In this document: piece by piece, positions 1 through 7,298 of the stretch
How positions within the stretch are numbered: position 1 is the first letter of the stretch
Layout of the letters: every line of letters starts with the position of its first letter
NCBI GenBank assembly: GCA_964355385.1
Contig: CAYHEI010000001.1
Coordinates: forward strand, 1 to 35,025
DNA length: 35,025 nucleotides
Direction: 5' to 3'
DNA from: an uncultured bacterium
Lineage (GTDB): Bacteria > Oederibacteriota > CAKKQC01
Position numbers and translations under genes: made by a program
Notes under the pieces: generated by a model
What the model saw: only the letters and a program-made list of their open reading frames with translations
The model's database searches: none
Told to the model about the DNA's origin: nothing

Positions 1-41
1 CCGATTGCCTCCCGGACCGCTCAAGCGTAAGATTCAGGGCC

Positions 42-1064
42 ATGGCTGACCAGCAGCTCGGGATCGCGGTGGTGGGGATGGGGGGCATCGGGAACAACCA
101 CGCCCGCTGCTACGTCGCCAACCCCCGCACGAAGATCGTGGCGGTGTGCGACGCCATCAAGGACAAGGCGGACAAGGCCGGGAAGGATTACGGCTGCCAC
201 GCGTTCGACTCGATCAAGGCGATGCTGGGCGCCGGGATCAAGATCGACGCGGCGAGCGTGTGCACCGCGGGCGTCGAGAACGGCGGCGACCACTACGCGC
301 CCACCATGGAGCTGCTCGCGGCGGGCGTCCCGGTCCTAGGCGAGAAGCCGATCTCCAACAAGATCCCCCACGCCCGCGAGATGGTCGCCCTGGCCAAGTC
401 CAAGAGCATTCCCTATGGCATCAATCTCAACCACCGCTTCACCCCCGCCGCACGCAAGGCCAAGGAATGGCTGGACGCAACCCGCTGCGGTGAGCTGAAC
501 CTCATCACCATGCTCATGTGGATCAACAACCCAAACGAGTCCGCCGAGCACTTCCACATGCGCGCGCTGCATCCGCACTCCCTCGACGTCATGCGCTATT
601 TCGTCGGCGACGCCGCCAAGGTGCAGGCCTTCTTCAAGAAGGGCAAGGGACGGAAGGTCTGGTCCAACGTCCAGGTGAACATCCTCTACAAGAGCGGCGT
701 CGTCGGGCACCTCATCGGCAGCTACGACGGCGGCGGCCCCGGCCACCCGTGGGGGCTGGAGCGGTGCGAGATCATCGGCATGGACGGCCGCATCGTTCTC
801 AAGGACGCCTGCGAGAAGCTCGAGTTCAGCCCGCGCCGCAAGGAAGCCGGCGAGCCCGAGAAGCACGAGTTCCTGGGCGGCATGAAGTCCTTCGGCGAGA
901 CCTTCCAGTCACGCATCGACGCCTGGATCGAGGACCTCGTCAAGAAGACCCCGCCCGACCAGGTGGACGGCAAGGCCGAGGACGCGTTGAAGATGCAGTT
1001 GATCATCGAGGCCGCCATCGAGAGCTGGGACAAGGGAACCGTCGTCGAGGTGCCCGCCACATGA
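42..1064 (+). CDS. Gfo/Idh/MocA family NAD(P)-dependent oxidoreductase
   Basis: 340-aa ORF. It has an N-terminal Rossmann motif (AVVGMGGIGNNH) and the family-typical EKP motif (GEKPIS). Third codon positions are G/C-rich. A -10-like TAAGAT (28-33) lies 8 nt before the ATG. Confidence 0.9.
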   Translation: MADQQLGIAVVGMGGIGNNHARCYVANPRTKIVAVCDAIKDKADKAGKDYGCHAFDSIKAMLGAGIKIDAASVCTAGVENGGDHYAPTMELLAAGVPVLGEKPISNKIPHAREMVALAKSKSIPYGINLNHRFTPAARKAKEWLDATRCGELNLITMLMWINNPNESAEHFHMRALHPHSLDVMRYFVGDAAKVQAFFKKGKGRKVWSNVQVNILYKSGVVGHLIGSYDGGGPGHPWGLERCEIIGMDGRIVLKDACEKLEFSPRRKEAGEPEKHEFLGGMKSFGETFQSRIDAWIEDLVKKTPPDQVDGKAEDALKMQLIIEAAIESWDKGTVVEVPAT

Positions 1065-1861
1065 AGCTCGGCTTCAATACCGTCCTCTTCGGCGGACACG
1101 ACATGGAAGAGTCCTTCCGCTGGGGCAAGGCCTGCGGCTACGACGGCCTGGAGATCTCCGCCATCGACGGCATGAGCGAGCACCTGGTCCTGTCCAAGTG
1201 GAAGGAAATCGCCCCGCGCGTGAAGGCGCTCGCCAAGCAGTACGAGCTGCCCGTCACCGCGATGGAGCAGCCATCCCAGGACGCCGCGGTGATGGAGTCG
1301 GCCTTCCAGGCCGCCGCCGAGATCGGCATTCCGGTGATCAACTGCGGCCCGGGCGGCAAGTCCGGCGACGAAGCGTCACTCAAGCAGTCGATTGATTCCC
1401 TGGGCGCGCTCGCCCGCAAGGCCAAGACCTACGGCGTCACCCTCTGCGCCAAGGCCCACGTCGGCCAGGCCATGTTCGACACGCCCACCACCCTCAAGGT
1501 GCTCGCCGCGGTCAACGAGCCCTCGTTCGGCCTCGACATGGACCCCAGCCACATCCACCGCGCCAACGAAGACCCCGTGGAGGCCCTCGCCGCCGTCGTC
1601 ACGCGCATCCGCCACGTCCACATACGCGACTGCAAGGGCCGCCAGCAGGGCCCCGGCACTCCCGAGATGCAGGCCAACGGCCGCGGCGACATCAACCTGC
1701 TCGGCTTCTTCAAGGTCCTCCACGGCGCCGGCTACGCCGGGCCGGTGAACCTCGAGATCATCGGCGCCAAGGCCTACTCCGTCCCCCAGTGCGTCGCCAT
1801 CGCCGCGGAATCGAAGGGCCACATGCAGGCCTGCCTCCAGGCCTGCGGCGCGCGGCCCTAG
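1061..1861 (+). CDS. sugar phosphate isomerase/epimerase (xylose isomerase-like TIM barrel)
   Basis: The internal ATG at 1061 overlaps the upstream stop (ATGA), indicating translational coupling. The product MKLGFNTVLFGG...GLEISA...HVHIRD...NLEI is typical of the AP-endo2/xylose-isomerase-like TIM family. The longer ORF-track version (from 518) is an out-of-frame overlap of the upstream gene and is Arg/Pro-rich. Confidence 0.88.
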   Translation: MKLGFNTVLFGGHDMEESFRWGKACGYDGLEISAIDGMSEHLVLSKWKEIAPRVKALAKQYELPVTAMEQPSQDAAVMESAFQAAAEIGIPVINCGPGGKSGDEASLKQSIDSLGALARKAKTYGVTLCAKAHVGQAMFDTPTTLKVLAAVNEPSFGLDMDPSHIHRANEDPVEALAAVVTRIRHVHIRDCKGRQQGPGTPEMQANGRGDINLLGFFKVLHGAGYAGPVNLEIIGAKAYSVPQCVAIAAESKGHMQACLQACGARP

Positions 1862-1933
1862 CTCCGGCGGTCCGTCGCTGGCGCACGTTCACCGCTCGTA
1901 TCTGACCATTCTCGCGCACATGGCAAATTGGAC

Positions 1934-1961
1934 TTGACCGTCTTGCCATAGACGCTATATT
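1934..1961 (+). promoter_or_regulatory. sigma70-like promoter (TTGACC-16 nt-TATATT) for the ATPase gene, leaderless geometry
   Basis: TTGACC is at 1934-1939 and TATATT at 1956-1961. The ATG at 1968 is only 6 nt after the -10 and there is no SD. A 7-bp inverted repeat, ATGGCAA (1920-1926) / TTGCCAT (1943-1949), straddles the -35 and looks operator-like. Confidence 0.45.
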
Positions 1962-1967
1962 GGTCAC

Positions 1968-3167
1968 ATGACGGCCCGGCCCCGGATCTACGACGCCATG
2001 CTGGCCGGGCACCTGCGACGGTGGCGGCAAATGGCCTTCGTCTCCGGTCCGCGCCAGGTCGGCAAGACGACCACATGCCGCCGCCTGGGCGACGCCTATT
2101 TCAACCTCGACGACCCGGCCGACCGCGCGGCCATCATGGGCAGTCCCGCGGCCCTGACAGCACGCCTGGGCCTCGACAAGGTTCGGAAGCGCAAGGCCGT
2201 CGTCGTGCTCGATGAACTGCACCGGTGGAAGAAATGGAAGCGGTTCCTCAAGGGGTTCTTCGACCGCTGGGAGGCGCACGTCCGGATCATCGTGACCGGC
2301 AGCGCGCGACTGGACGTGTACCGGCGCGGCTCCGACAGCCTCCTGGGCCGTTACTTCCCCTACCGCATGCACCCGTTCAGCATCGGAGAGATCGCGAGGC
2401 GGCGTCCGCCCGACTCCATCCCTCCCCCGCCGGTTCCGGTCCCTCGCGCCGACGCGTCGGCCCTGTGGGAATTCGGCGGATTCCCCGAGCCGTTCCTCAG
2501 GCGCGACCGCAGACATTTCTCGCGCTGGCAGACCGCCCGGACGCAGGTGGTCCTGCGCGAGGAACTGCGCGACCTGACTCGCGTCGAGGAAATCGCCCAG
2601 ATGGAAGCGTTCGCCCGCCTGCTGGCAGGCCGTTCCTCCGCCCGGCTGGTCTATTCCCATGTCGCCGGGGAACTCAGCGTCCCGGTCAGCACGGCCATCC
2701 GTTGGACGAGCACCCTCGTGGCGCTCCACCAGGGATTCCTCCTCCGGCCTTGGCATCGCAAGATCGCCCGATCCCTGCGCAAAGAGCCCAAGTGGTATCT
2801 CCGTGACTGGTCGACCGTCTCCGATCCCGGCGCCCGGGCCGAGACCTATCTGGCCTGCCACCTGTTGAAGGCTGTCGATGGCTGGACCGACCTGGGGCTG
2901 GGAACGTTCGGCCTCTGGTATCTGCGCGACAAGGCTGGCCGTGAGGTGGATTTTCTCGTCACCCGCGACGACCAGCCGTGGTTCCTGGTCGAAGCCAAAC
3001 TCTCCGACGGCCCGCTCAGTCCGGCCCTCGCGTACTTTCAGGCCAAGACGGGCGCGCGTCACGCCTTTCAGGTTGCCGTCCAGGCCCCCTGGGTCGCCGC
3101 GAATCCCTTCGAGCGGACCGATCCGGTGAAGGTCCCCGCGCTGACGTTCCTCTCGCAGCTGCCCTAG
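1968..3167 (+). CDS. AAA_14-type ATPase with C-terminal DUF4143 (PD-(D/E)xK-like) domain, paralogue 1
   Basis: 399 aa. Walker A is GPRQVGKTT and Walker B is VVVLDELH. The C-terminal string is GREVDFLV...WFLVEAKLS. Confidence 0.9.
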   Translation: MTARPRIYDAMLAGHLRRWRQMAFVSGPRQVGKTTTCRRLGDAYFNLDDPADRAAIMGSPAALTARLGLDKVRKRKAVVVLDELHRWKKWKRFLKGFFDRWEAHVRIIVTGSARLDVYRRGSDSLLGRYFPYRMHPFSIGEIARRRPPDSIPPPPVPVPRADASALWEFGGFPEPFLRRDRRHFSRWQTARTQVVLREELRDLTRVEEIAQMEAFARLLAGRSSARLVYSHVAGELSVPVSTAIRWTSTLVALHQGFLLRPWHRKIARSLRKEPKWYLRDWSTVSDPGARAETYLACHLLKAVDGWTDLGLGTFGLWYLRDKAGREVDFLVTRDDQPWFLVEAKLSDGPLSPALAYFQAKTGARHAFQVAVQAPWVAANPFERTDPVKVPALTFLSQLP

Positions 3168-3305
3168 ATGCCATGAGCCCATAGTAACCTCTTAACTTCC
3201 TTGATCCGAAGGACCGCCGATCCTTTTGTCAGCATGGCGCCGCCATTACTTCGATCTCGCCAACACGTCCGTGGAGGAGGACTTGAGGACGTAGTTCCGA
3301 TATTG

Positions 3306-3317
3306 CGATTCGAATCG
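3306..3317. promoter_or_regulatory. perfect 12-bp palindrome CGATTCGAATCG upstream of the NTase gene (candidate operator)
   Basis: Read directly from the sequence. It lies about 45 nt upstream of the GTG at 3361, in an A/T-richer 193-bp intergenic region. Confidence 0.3.
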
Positions 3318-3360
3318 AATACCGCCGCCAAACAATCACGGATGTTGCTATGCTCACGGC

Positions 3361-4446
3361 GTGAGCAAGGAAACACCAGACCAGACCATTGCCCGGTTGC
3401 GGAGGGTCGCCGATGCCGAAGCTACGGCGGCTGTTGCGGCCGGCACAGCGGATGCTGTCGGACTGACCGGGTCGGCCAGCTCCGGCCGGGTCTGGCCCAG
3501 CAGCGATCTCGACATCCTGTTCATGTCCGATCGGATCACGGAACGCTGGTTCCGCTACACGGTCCGCGACGGCATCGTCCTGCACGGCATCGTCACGCCT
3601 TGGCCGGAGCTGGAGGCCTTCCGCGAATTGTATCCCAGCCGGATGATCGAGTCGGCAACCTGGGAGAGGATTCTCAATGCGACCTGGGCGATGGATGGGC
3701 TGGTGGCGATGAACATCCTCCATGACTCCTCCGGCCGGTTGCAGGCCATGCAGGCGTTTATGGCTAAACACCGCTTCGCGCCCGACGTCGTCGTTCCCCG
3801 CCGCCCTCTTCTGCTCGCCCGGGCCAGGGCCGAACACCGGAAGAGTCTCGACGCCCTGGACAACAATCCGCGCGAGGCCCACCGGTTGCATCACCAAGTG
3901 ATCGATCTCCTGGGCGTCATCTGGCTCGAGGCGGGTCGACGCATCAGCAGCCACAAGGAGCTGGATACGACGCTGGGAGCCGTCGGTCTGGCACTCGGCG
4001 TCACACAATTGCAGGAACTGTTTCGCATGGCCGAAGGGGTCGAAACCTACCCCGCATCGCGCACCACGATTGAAGAGGCGTTCGCCAACTTGCTTGACCT
4101 GTATTCCCCAGCTATTGATGGACTTCTCACGGGCTATCCAACCGGCGATGGAGCCTGTGACTGGAAGATCGCCGACCATGTCTACGTCCGGCACATGACC
4201 CAATCGGTGCCGCACGCCCTGGAACGCGGGTGTCTCCTCCACCTGGCCTATGTCCGGGAATCCCTGCAGGAGTACGACCTGGCTTGGGTGCCACGGGAAG
4301 CCGCGAAACACGGCTACCCAGCGCCGGTGTCGTCGGAGCGGCTTCTCGCTGTCAAGCAATCAGCCATGGAGACGTTGATCCCGGCGCCATGGGAATCACG
4401 CCAGCGGGCCCTTGATGACCTGTTCACCCTGACCTCCGCGTTGTAG
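3361..4446 (+). CDS. nucleotidyltransferase-domain protein (Pol-beta superfamily) with long helical C-terminal region
   Basis: 361 aa with a GTG start. The minimal-NTase motif is GSASSGRVWPSSDLDILF. The C-terminal helical part contains REAHRLH and RRISSH. Third-position G/C bias supports this frame over the 376-aa antisense ORF. TATGCT (3349-3354) lies 6 nt before the start. Confidence 0.8.
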   Translation: MSKETPDQTIARLRRVADAEATAAVAAGTADAVGLTGSASSGRVWPSSDLDILFMSDRITERWFRYTVRDGIVLHGIVTPWPELEAFRELYPSRMIESATWERILNATWAMDGLVAMNILHDSSGRLQAMQAFMAKHRFAPDVVVPRRPLLLARARAEHRKSLDALDNNPREAHRLHHQVIDLLGVIWLEAGRRISSHKELDTTLGAVGLALGVTQLQELFRMAEGVETYPASRTTIEEAFANLLDLYSPAIDGLLTGYPTGDGACDWKIADHVYVRHMTQSVPHALERGCLLHLAYVRESLQEYDLAWVPREAAKHGYPAPVSSERLLAVKQSAMETLIPAPWESRQRALDDLFTLTSAL

Positions 4447-4580
4447 AGCGGAGTTGGGGACGCATAAATAGGAATGAGGAACGTATTTAAGCGGAGCTGA
4501 AATCACAAAGTCGGGGCTTTAGAATACCGGCGCGGACGCACCTTAGCCTGCCTCAATTCCGCATCAGGAGGCCCGCAGAG

Positions 4581-4609
4581 GCCCGCCACCCAGGGCGGGC
4601 ATGTCTTTT
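4581..4609 (+). terminator. possible intrinsic terminator downstream of the NTase gene
   Basis: The stem is GCCCGCC (4581-4587) / GGCGGGC (4594-4600) with a 6-nt loop, followed by ATGTCTTTTCC. The T-tract is short and interrupted. Confidence 0.35.
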
Positions 4610-4616
4610 CCTGTCT

Positions 4617-4772
4617 CAGAGGATTGGCCCAGCCAGAGGAGAGATGCTGGCGTTCGGCGTTCCGTAGATTCCAGTTTTGCTTCCAGTCTGTGGAATTCCC
4701 CCACCCAAACTCACCCAAGACCACCCATCGGCTCATCGGACCCGAATAGATCCAGAGAGGCCAATCCTCCTG
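4617..4772. repeat. long-range inverted repeat (AGGATTGGCC ... GGCCAATCCT) enclosing about 130 bp
   Basis: There are 10 perfect bp, at 4620-4629 and 4759-4768. The repeat extends to CAG-AGGATTGGCC / GGCCAATCCTCCTG with one indel. It lies in the 459-bp A/T-richer gap between convergent genes. Confidence 0.5.
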
Positions 4773-4811
4773 AAAAGGAAAACCCGTGCAGGTTTTTGAG
4801 GCCTGCACGGG
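4772..4811 (-). terminator. rho-independent terminator of ATPase paralogue 2
   Basis: A perfect 10-bp stem, CCCGTGCAGG (4783-4792) / CCTGCACGGG (4802-4811), has a 9-nt loop. On the minus strand it is followed by TTTTCCTTTT. It lies about 95 nt downstream of the TAA at 4906-4908. Confidence 0.7.
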
Positions 4812-4905
4812 CTCCCGGCCAGTTTCCCGGTTTGAGGTAGAATCAGACGCGGAAGCAGACGGTCAGCTTCCCAAGCTGAACGTAGCCCGTGCCCGGAGCG
4901 GGCAT

Positions 4906-6057
4906 TTACAGCGTGCTCCAGTGGATGTTGCTCACTCGTTCGCCGACCGGCACGGCTTCATGGCTGTTCGTAATCAACGTGGCGGGGCCGGATTTCCGGC
5001 CCGCAAGCCCGAGCCAGTACCGCACGTTGTGCGCGTGTTCCGCCTTGACTCGGGATGCGAGCTTGATCTCGCACGGCGACAAGAGCGCGCCATCAGGCAG
5101 GACAAGGTCAACTTCAATCCCGCTCTGGGAACGCCAGTAATAGGCTTCGGGCTTCACGCCCCGCGCATACCGGTCCTTGAGAATCTCCGAGACGACCGCC
5201 GTCTCGAACAGGGCGCCGGCCATCGGGCCGTTCAGTGCAGCAGACGCCTCATCCAGCCCGAGCAGGAAGCTGACGAGTCCCACATCAAGGAAGTAGATCT
5301 TCGGCGCTTTGAGGATCCGTTTGCCGAAGTTTTCAAAATATGGCGGAAGCAGGTGAACCAGGTAGCTAGCCTCGAGGACCGAAACCCAGCGTTTGACGGT
5401 CGGAACGCTGACGCCCAGCGGCCCCGCCAGGGCCGTGTAGTTCAACACCTGGGATGTGCGCGCCGCCAGCAGCCGCATCAATTGCTCAAAGTCCCTGAGG
5501 TCGGTCACCCCGAGTTGGGTCCGGACATCACGCTCCAGGTACGTTTGGAGGTACGACGAATACCAAAGGGGCGTGTTGATGCGCTTCTTGGTGAGCGGCT
5601 CCGGATAGGTACTGCCGGTCACGAACGAGGCGAGGCTCGGGATGCTCCGGCGCTCCTTCAATTGGATCGGCGGCAGGGCCAGGACAGCCACACGGCCCGC
5701 CATAGATTCCGAAACGTGACGCATGACGGCGAATTGTTGTGAGCCCGTGAGATACCACTGGCCGGGCCTGCGATCCTTGTCCACCAACATCTTCACGTAG
5801 ATCGTGACATCAGGATAGTATTGGATTTCATCCAGGATCACCGGCCGGGGCAAGGACGCCAGGTAATCGGCACCGTTGGCCGCCAGCAGGCCGCGCACGC
5901 GCGGATCCTCGAGGGAAAGGAGCGTCCCTTTCCGGCCCTTGAGGAAATGCTGGAGCAAGGTGCTCTTCCCTGCCTGCCGTGGCCCCGTGACGACCACGGC
6001 GGGAAAACCCCTGGAGGCGGCCGCCAATGCCTTCTCCAGCAACCTCGGAAGGTACAT
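4906..6057 (-). CDS. AAA_14-type ATPase with C-terminal DUF4143 (PD-(D/E)xK-like) domain, paralogue 2
   Basis: 383 aa. Walker A is GPRQAGKST and Walker B is PVILDEIQ. The C-terminal string is GIEVDLVL...SPCEIKLA. On the minus strand the upstream region reads TAGACC-17 nt-TAGGAT-6 nt-ATG. Confidence 0.9.
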   Translation of the reverse strand: MYLPRLLEKALAAASRGFPAVVVTGPRQAGKSTLLQHFLKGRKGTLLSLEDPRVRGLLAANGADYLASLPRPVILDEIQYYPDVTIYVKMLVDKDRRPGQWYLTGSQQFAVMRHVSESMAGRVAVLALPPIQLKERRSIPSLASFVTGSTYPEPLTKKRINTPLWYSSYLQTYLERDVRTQLGVTDLRDFEQLMRLLAARTSQVLNYTALAGPLGVSVPTVKRWVSVLEASYLVHLLPPYFENFGKRILKAPKIYFLDVGLVSFLLGLDEASAALNGPMAGALFETAVVSEILKDRYARGVKPEAYYWRSQSGIEVDLVLPDGALLSPCEIKLASRVKAEHAHNVRYWLGLAGRKSGPATLITNSHEAVPVGERVSNIHWSTL

Positions 6058-6337
6058 ATGACTATCCTAACATCAGATATTCAATCGGTCTACCCTCTGG
6101 CAACTTCATATCTGAAGTACGTCCCCATCCCTGTGCACGATCGAAGACAGGCAGCGGCTCGTGCGGGTCTACCGCATCGGCCACCGCCGGGAAGTCTACC
6201 GCGGCGGCTGATCCAGGACGAGGCATTCGGCGGACACGCGAATCCCCCGGAATGCTTCCGCGAACTCTGGCAGGCCCAGGCTCGCCAGCGGTAAGGCCTC
6301 ACCGCAGGGGCAGGGATTGCGCACGCGGGCCGGCTGC

Positions 6338-6355
6338 CGTAGGATGAACGTAGGA
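6338..6355 (+). promoter_or_regulatory. tandem direct repeat CGTAGGA-N4-CGTAGGA (11-bp register) just upstream of the antitoxin gene
   Basis: The copies are at 6338-6344 and 6349-6355, and the ATG is at 6365. This is a candidate autoregulatory operator. The second copy also supplies an AGGA RBS 9 nt from the ATG. Confidence 0.3.
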
Positions 6356-6364
6356 CATTCTGAC

Positions 6365-6562
6365 ATGCGCTTCGTGAGCTCCCGCGAGTTTCGAATCAGG
6401 CCCGGACGGGTCTGGTCCGATCTGAAGAAAGAACGTGATCTGGTCGTGACATCCCAGGGGAAGCCCATCGCCATCCTGACCCGCGCTGCGGACACCACGC
6501 TGGAGCGTGATCTAGCCGTCTTGCGCCGGGCGCGTGCCCTGGCCGCGGTTGATGCGATCTAA
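6365..6562 (+). CDS. Phd/YefM-like type II antitoxin
   Basis: The 65-aa product MRFVSSREFRIRPGRVWSDLKKERDLVVTSQGKPIAILT... shows the typical Phd/YefM N-terminal pattern. The start was chosen at the ATG at 6365. The ATG at 6344 or the TTG at 6317 are alternatives. Confidence 0.75.
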   Translation: MRFVSSREFRIRPGRVWSDLKKERDLVVTSQGKPIAILTRAADTTLERDLAVLRRARALAAVDAI

Positions 6563-6620
6563 CGACGGCCCGGCGACCGCGGCTTAACCCGGCTGACCTT
6601 GGCCGACATCAACAGGGAGA

Positions 6621-6649
6621 GCCGCGGGGCGCGCCGCGCCCGGCGCGGC
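6621..6649 (+). other. GC-only hairpin in the antitoxin-toxin spacer
   Basis: The sequence is GCCGCGGGGCGCG c CGCGCCC gg CGCGGC, with 13-nt arms and a 2-nt bulge. It ends 9 nt before the PIN GTG start. Confidence 0.5.
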
Positions 6650-6657
6650 TGACACCG

Positions 6658-7074
6658 GTGATCGTCCTGGACACCAACGTCCTGGTGTCCGGATTGCTGA
6701 ATCCCGTGGGCCCGCCAGGCCAATTGGTCCGCTTGGTCACCGGTTCCCGCGAACGGCTGGCTTTCGACCAGCGCGTCATCCAGGAATACCGGGAGGTGCT
6801 CGCCCGCCCGCACTTGGGAATCACCGGAGACGAAATCGAGAGCGTGATCGAGGCCATCGAGCAGGACGGCGAATCCGTCGTCGCCCGGCCGCTTGCCGTG
6901 AAGTTGCCAGACCCGGACGATCTGCCCTTCGTCGAGGTGGCAGCCAGTGCCGGAGCAGCCGCCTTGGTGACGGGGAACCTGCGCCACTTCCCCCGGTCGG
7001 CCCTTGGCCGACTCGGCGTCACGATCGTCTCGCCGGCTGCCTGGCTGTCCCACATCGCCCGCGAGGAGCGCTGA
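6658..7074 (+). CDS. PIN-domain toxin (PIN_3/TIGR00305-like)
   Basis: 138 aa with a GTG start. The product is MIVLDTNVLVSGLL...DPDDLPFVEVA...LVTGNLRHF, so the acidic PIN residues are present. There is no in-frame ATG/GTG/TTG upstream before the stop at 6550. Confidence 0.85.
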   Translation: MIVLDTNVLVSGLLNPVGPPGQLVRLVTGSRERLAFDQRVIQEYREVLARPHLGITGDEIESVIEAIEQDGESVVARPLAVKLPDPDDLPFVEVAASAGAAALVTGNLRHFPRSALGRLGVTIVSPAAWLSHIAREER

Positions 7075-7298
7075 TGCCAACGATGCAAGGCATCGGCAAG
7101 CCGCTCGTCATCGCCGGACTGGCCCCTCGCGGCGCTCGGGGCTGAGCGCCGCCGAAGCCCTGGCGCTGGCCGCCCTTGGCGCCGTGTTACGATGACCCAG
7201 GATCGGCCGAGCGAGTCGCCGCTTCCGGAGAAGGACAACACCATGAGCACCAACGGGCACCTGACAGGACGCGTTCGACTCACAAGGAGAACCCCCTC

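Noticed and set aside
1758-3182. 474-aa minus-strand ORF antisense to ATPase paralogue 1
   Set aside because: It is a shadow ORF. The plus-strand product has Walker A/B and the DUF4143-type C-terminus.
3229-4359. 376-aa minus-strand ORF antisense to the NTase gene (a genuine strand ambiguity at first sight)
   Set aside because: The plus frame has the GS...SDLD NTase motif and consistent G/C third positions when read codon by codon. The antisense product has no recognisable motif.
4503-4808. 101-aa Trp-rich minus-strand ORF, and an overlapping 79-aa plus-strand ORF (4601-4840), in the long intergenic gap
   Set aside because: The minus ORF would start at a GTG inside the terminator stem. Its composition (many W, no hydrophobic core pattern) and the lack of any start signal argue against coding. 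I treated it as non-coding structured DNA/RNA instead.
3361-6057. The idea that the NTase is a CBASS CD-NTase with the convergent ATPase-nuclease as its effector
   Set aside because: The genes are convergent and each has its own terminator. There is no co-directional effector, Cap2/Cap3 or other CBASS accessory gene. The NTase tail looks KNTase/HEPN-like rather than like the CD-NTase C-terminal lobe. I kept it only as a hypothesis to test, not as a call.
7074-7145. 23-codon mini-ORF (MPTMQGIGKPLVIAGLAPRGARG) whose ATG overlaps the PIN stop codon (TGATG)
   Set aside because: It is too short and featureless to support. The overlap could be chance in G+C-rich DNA.
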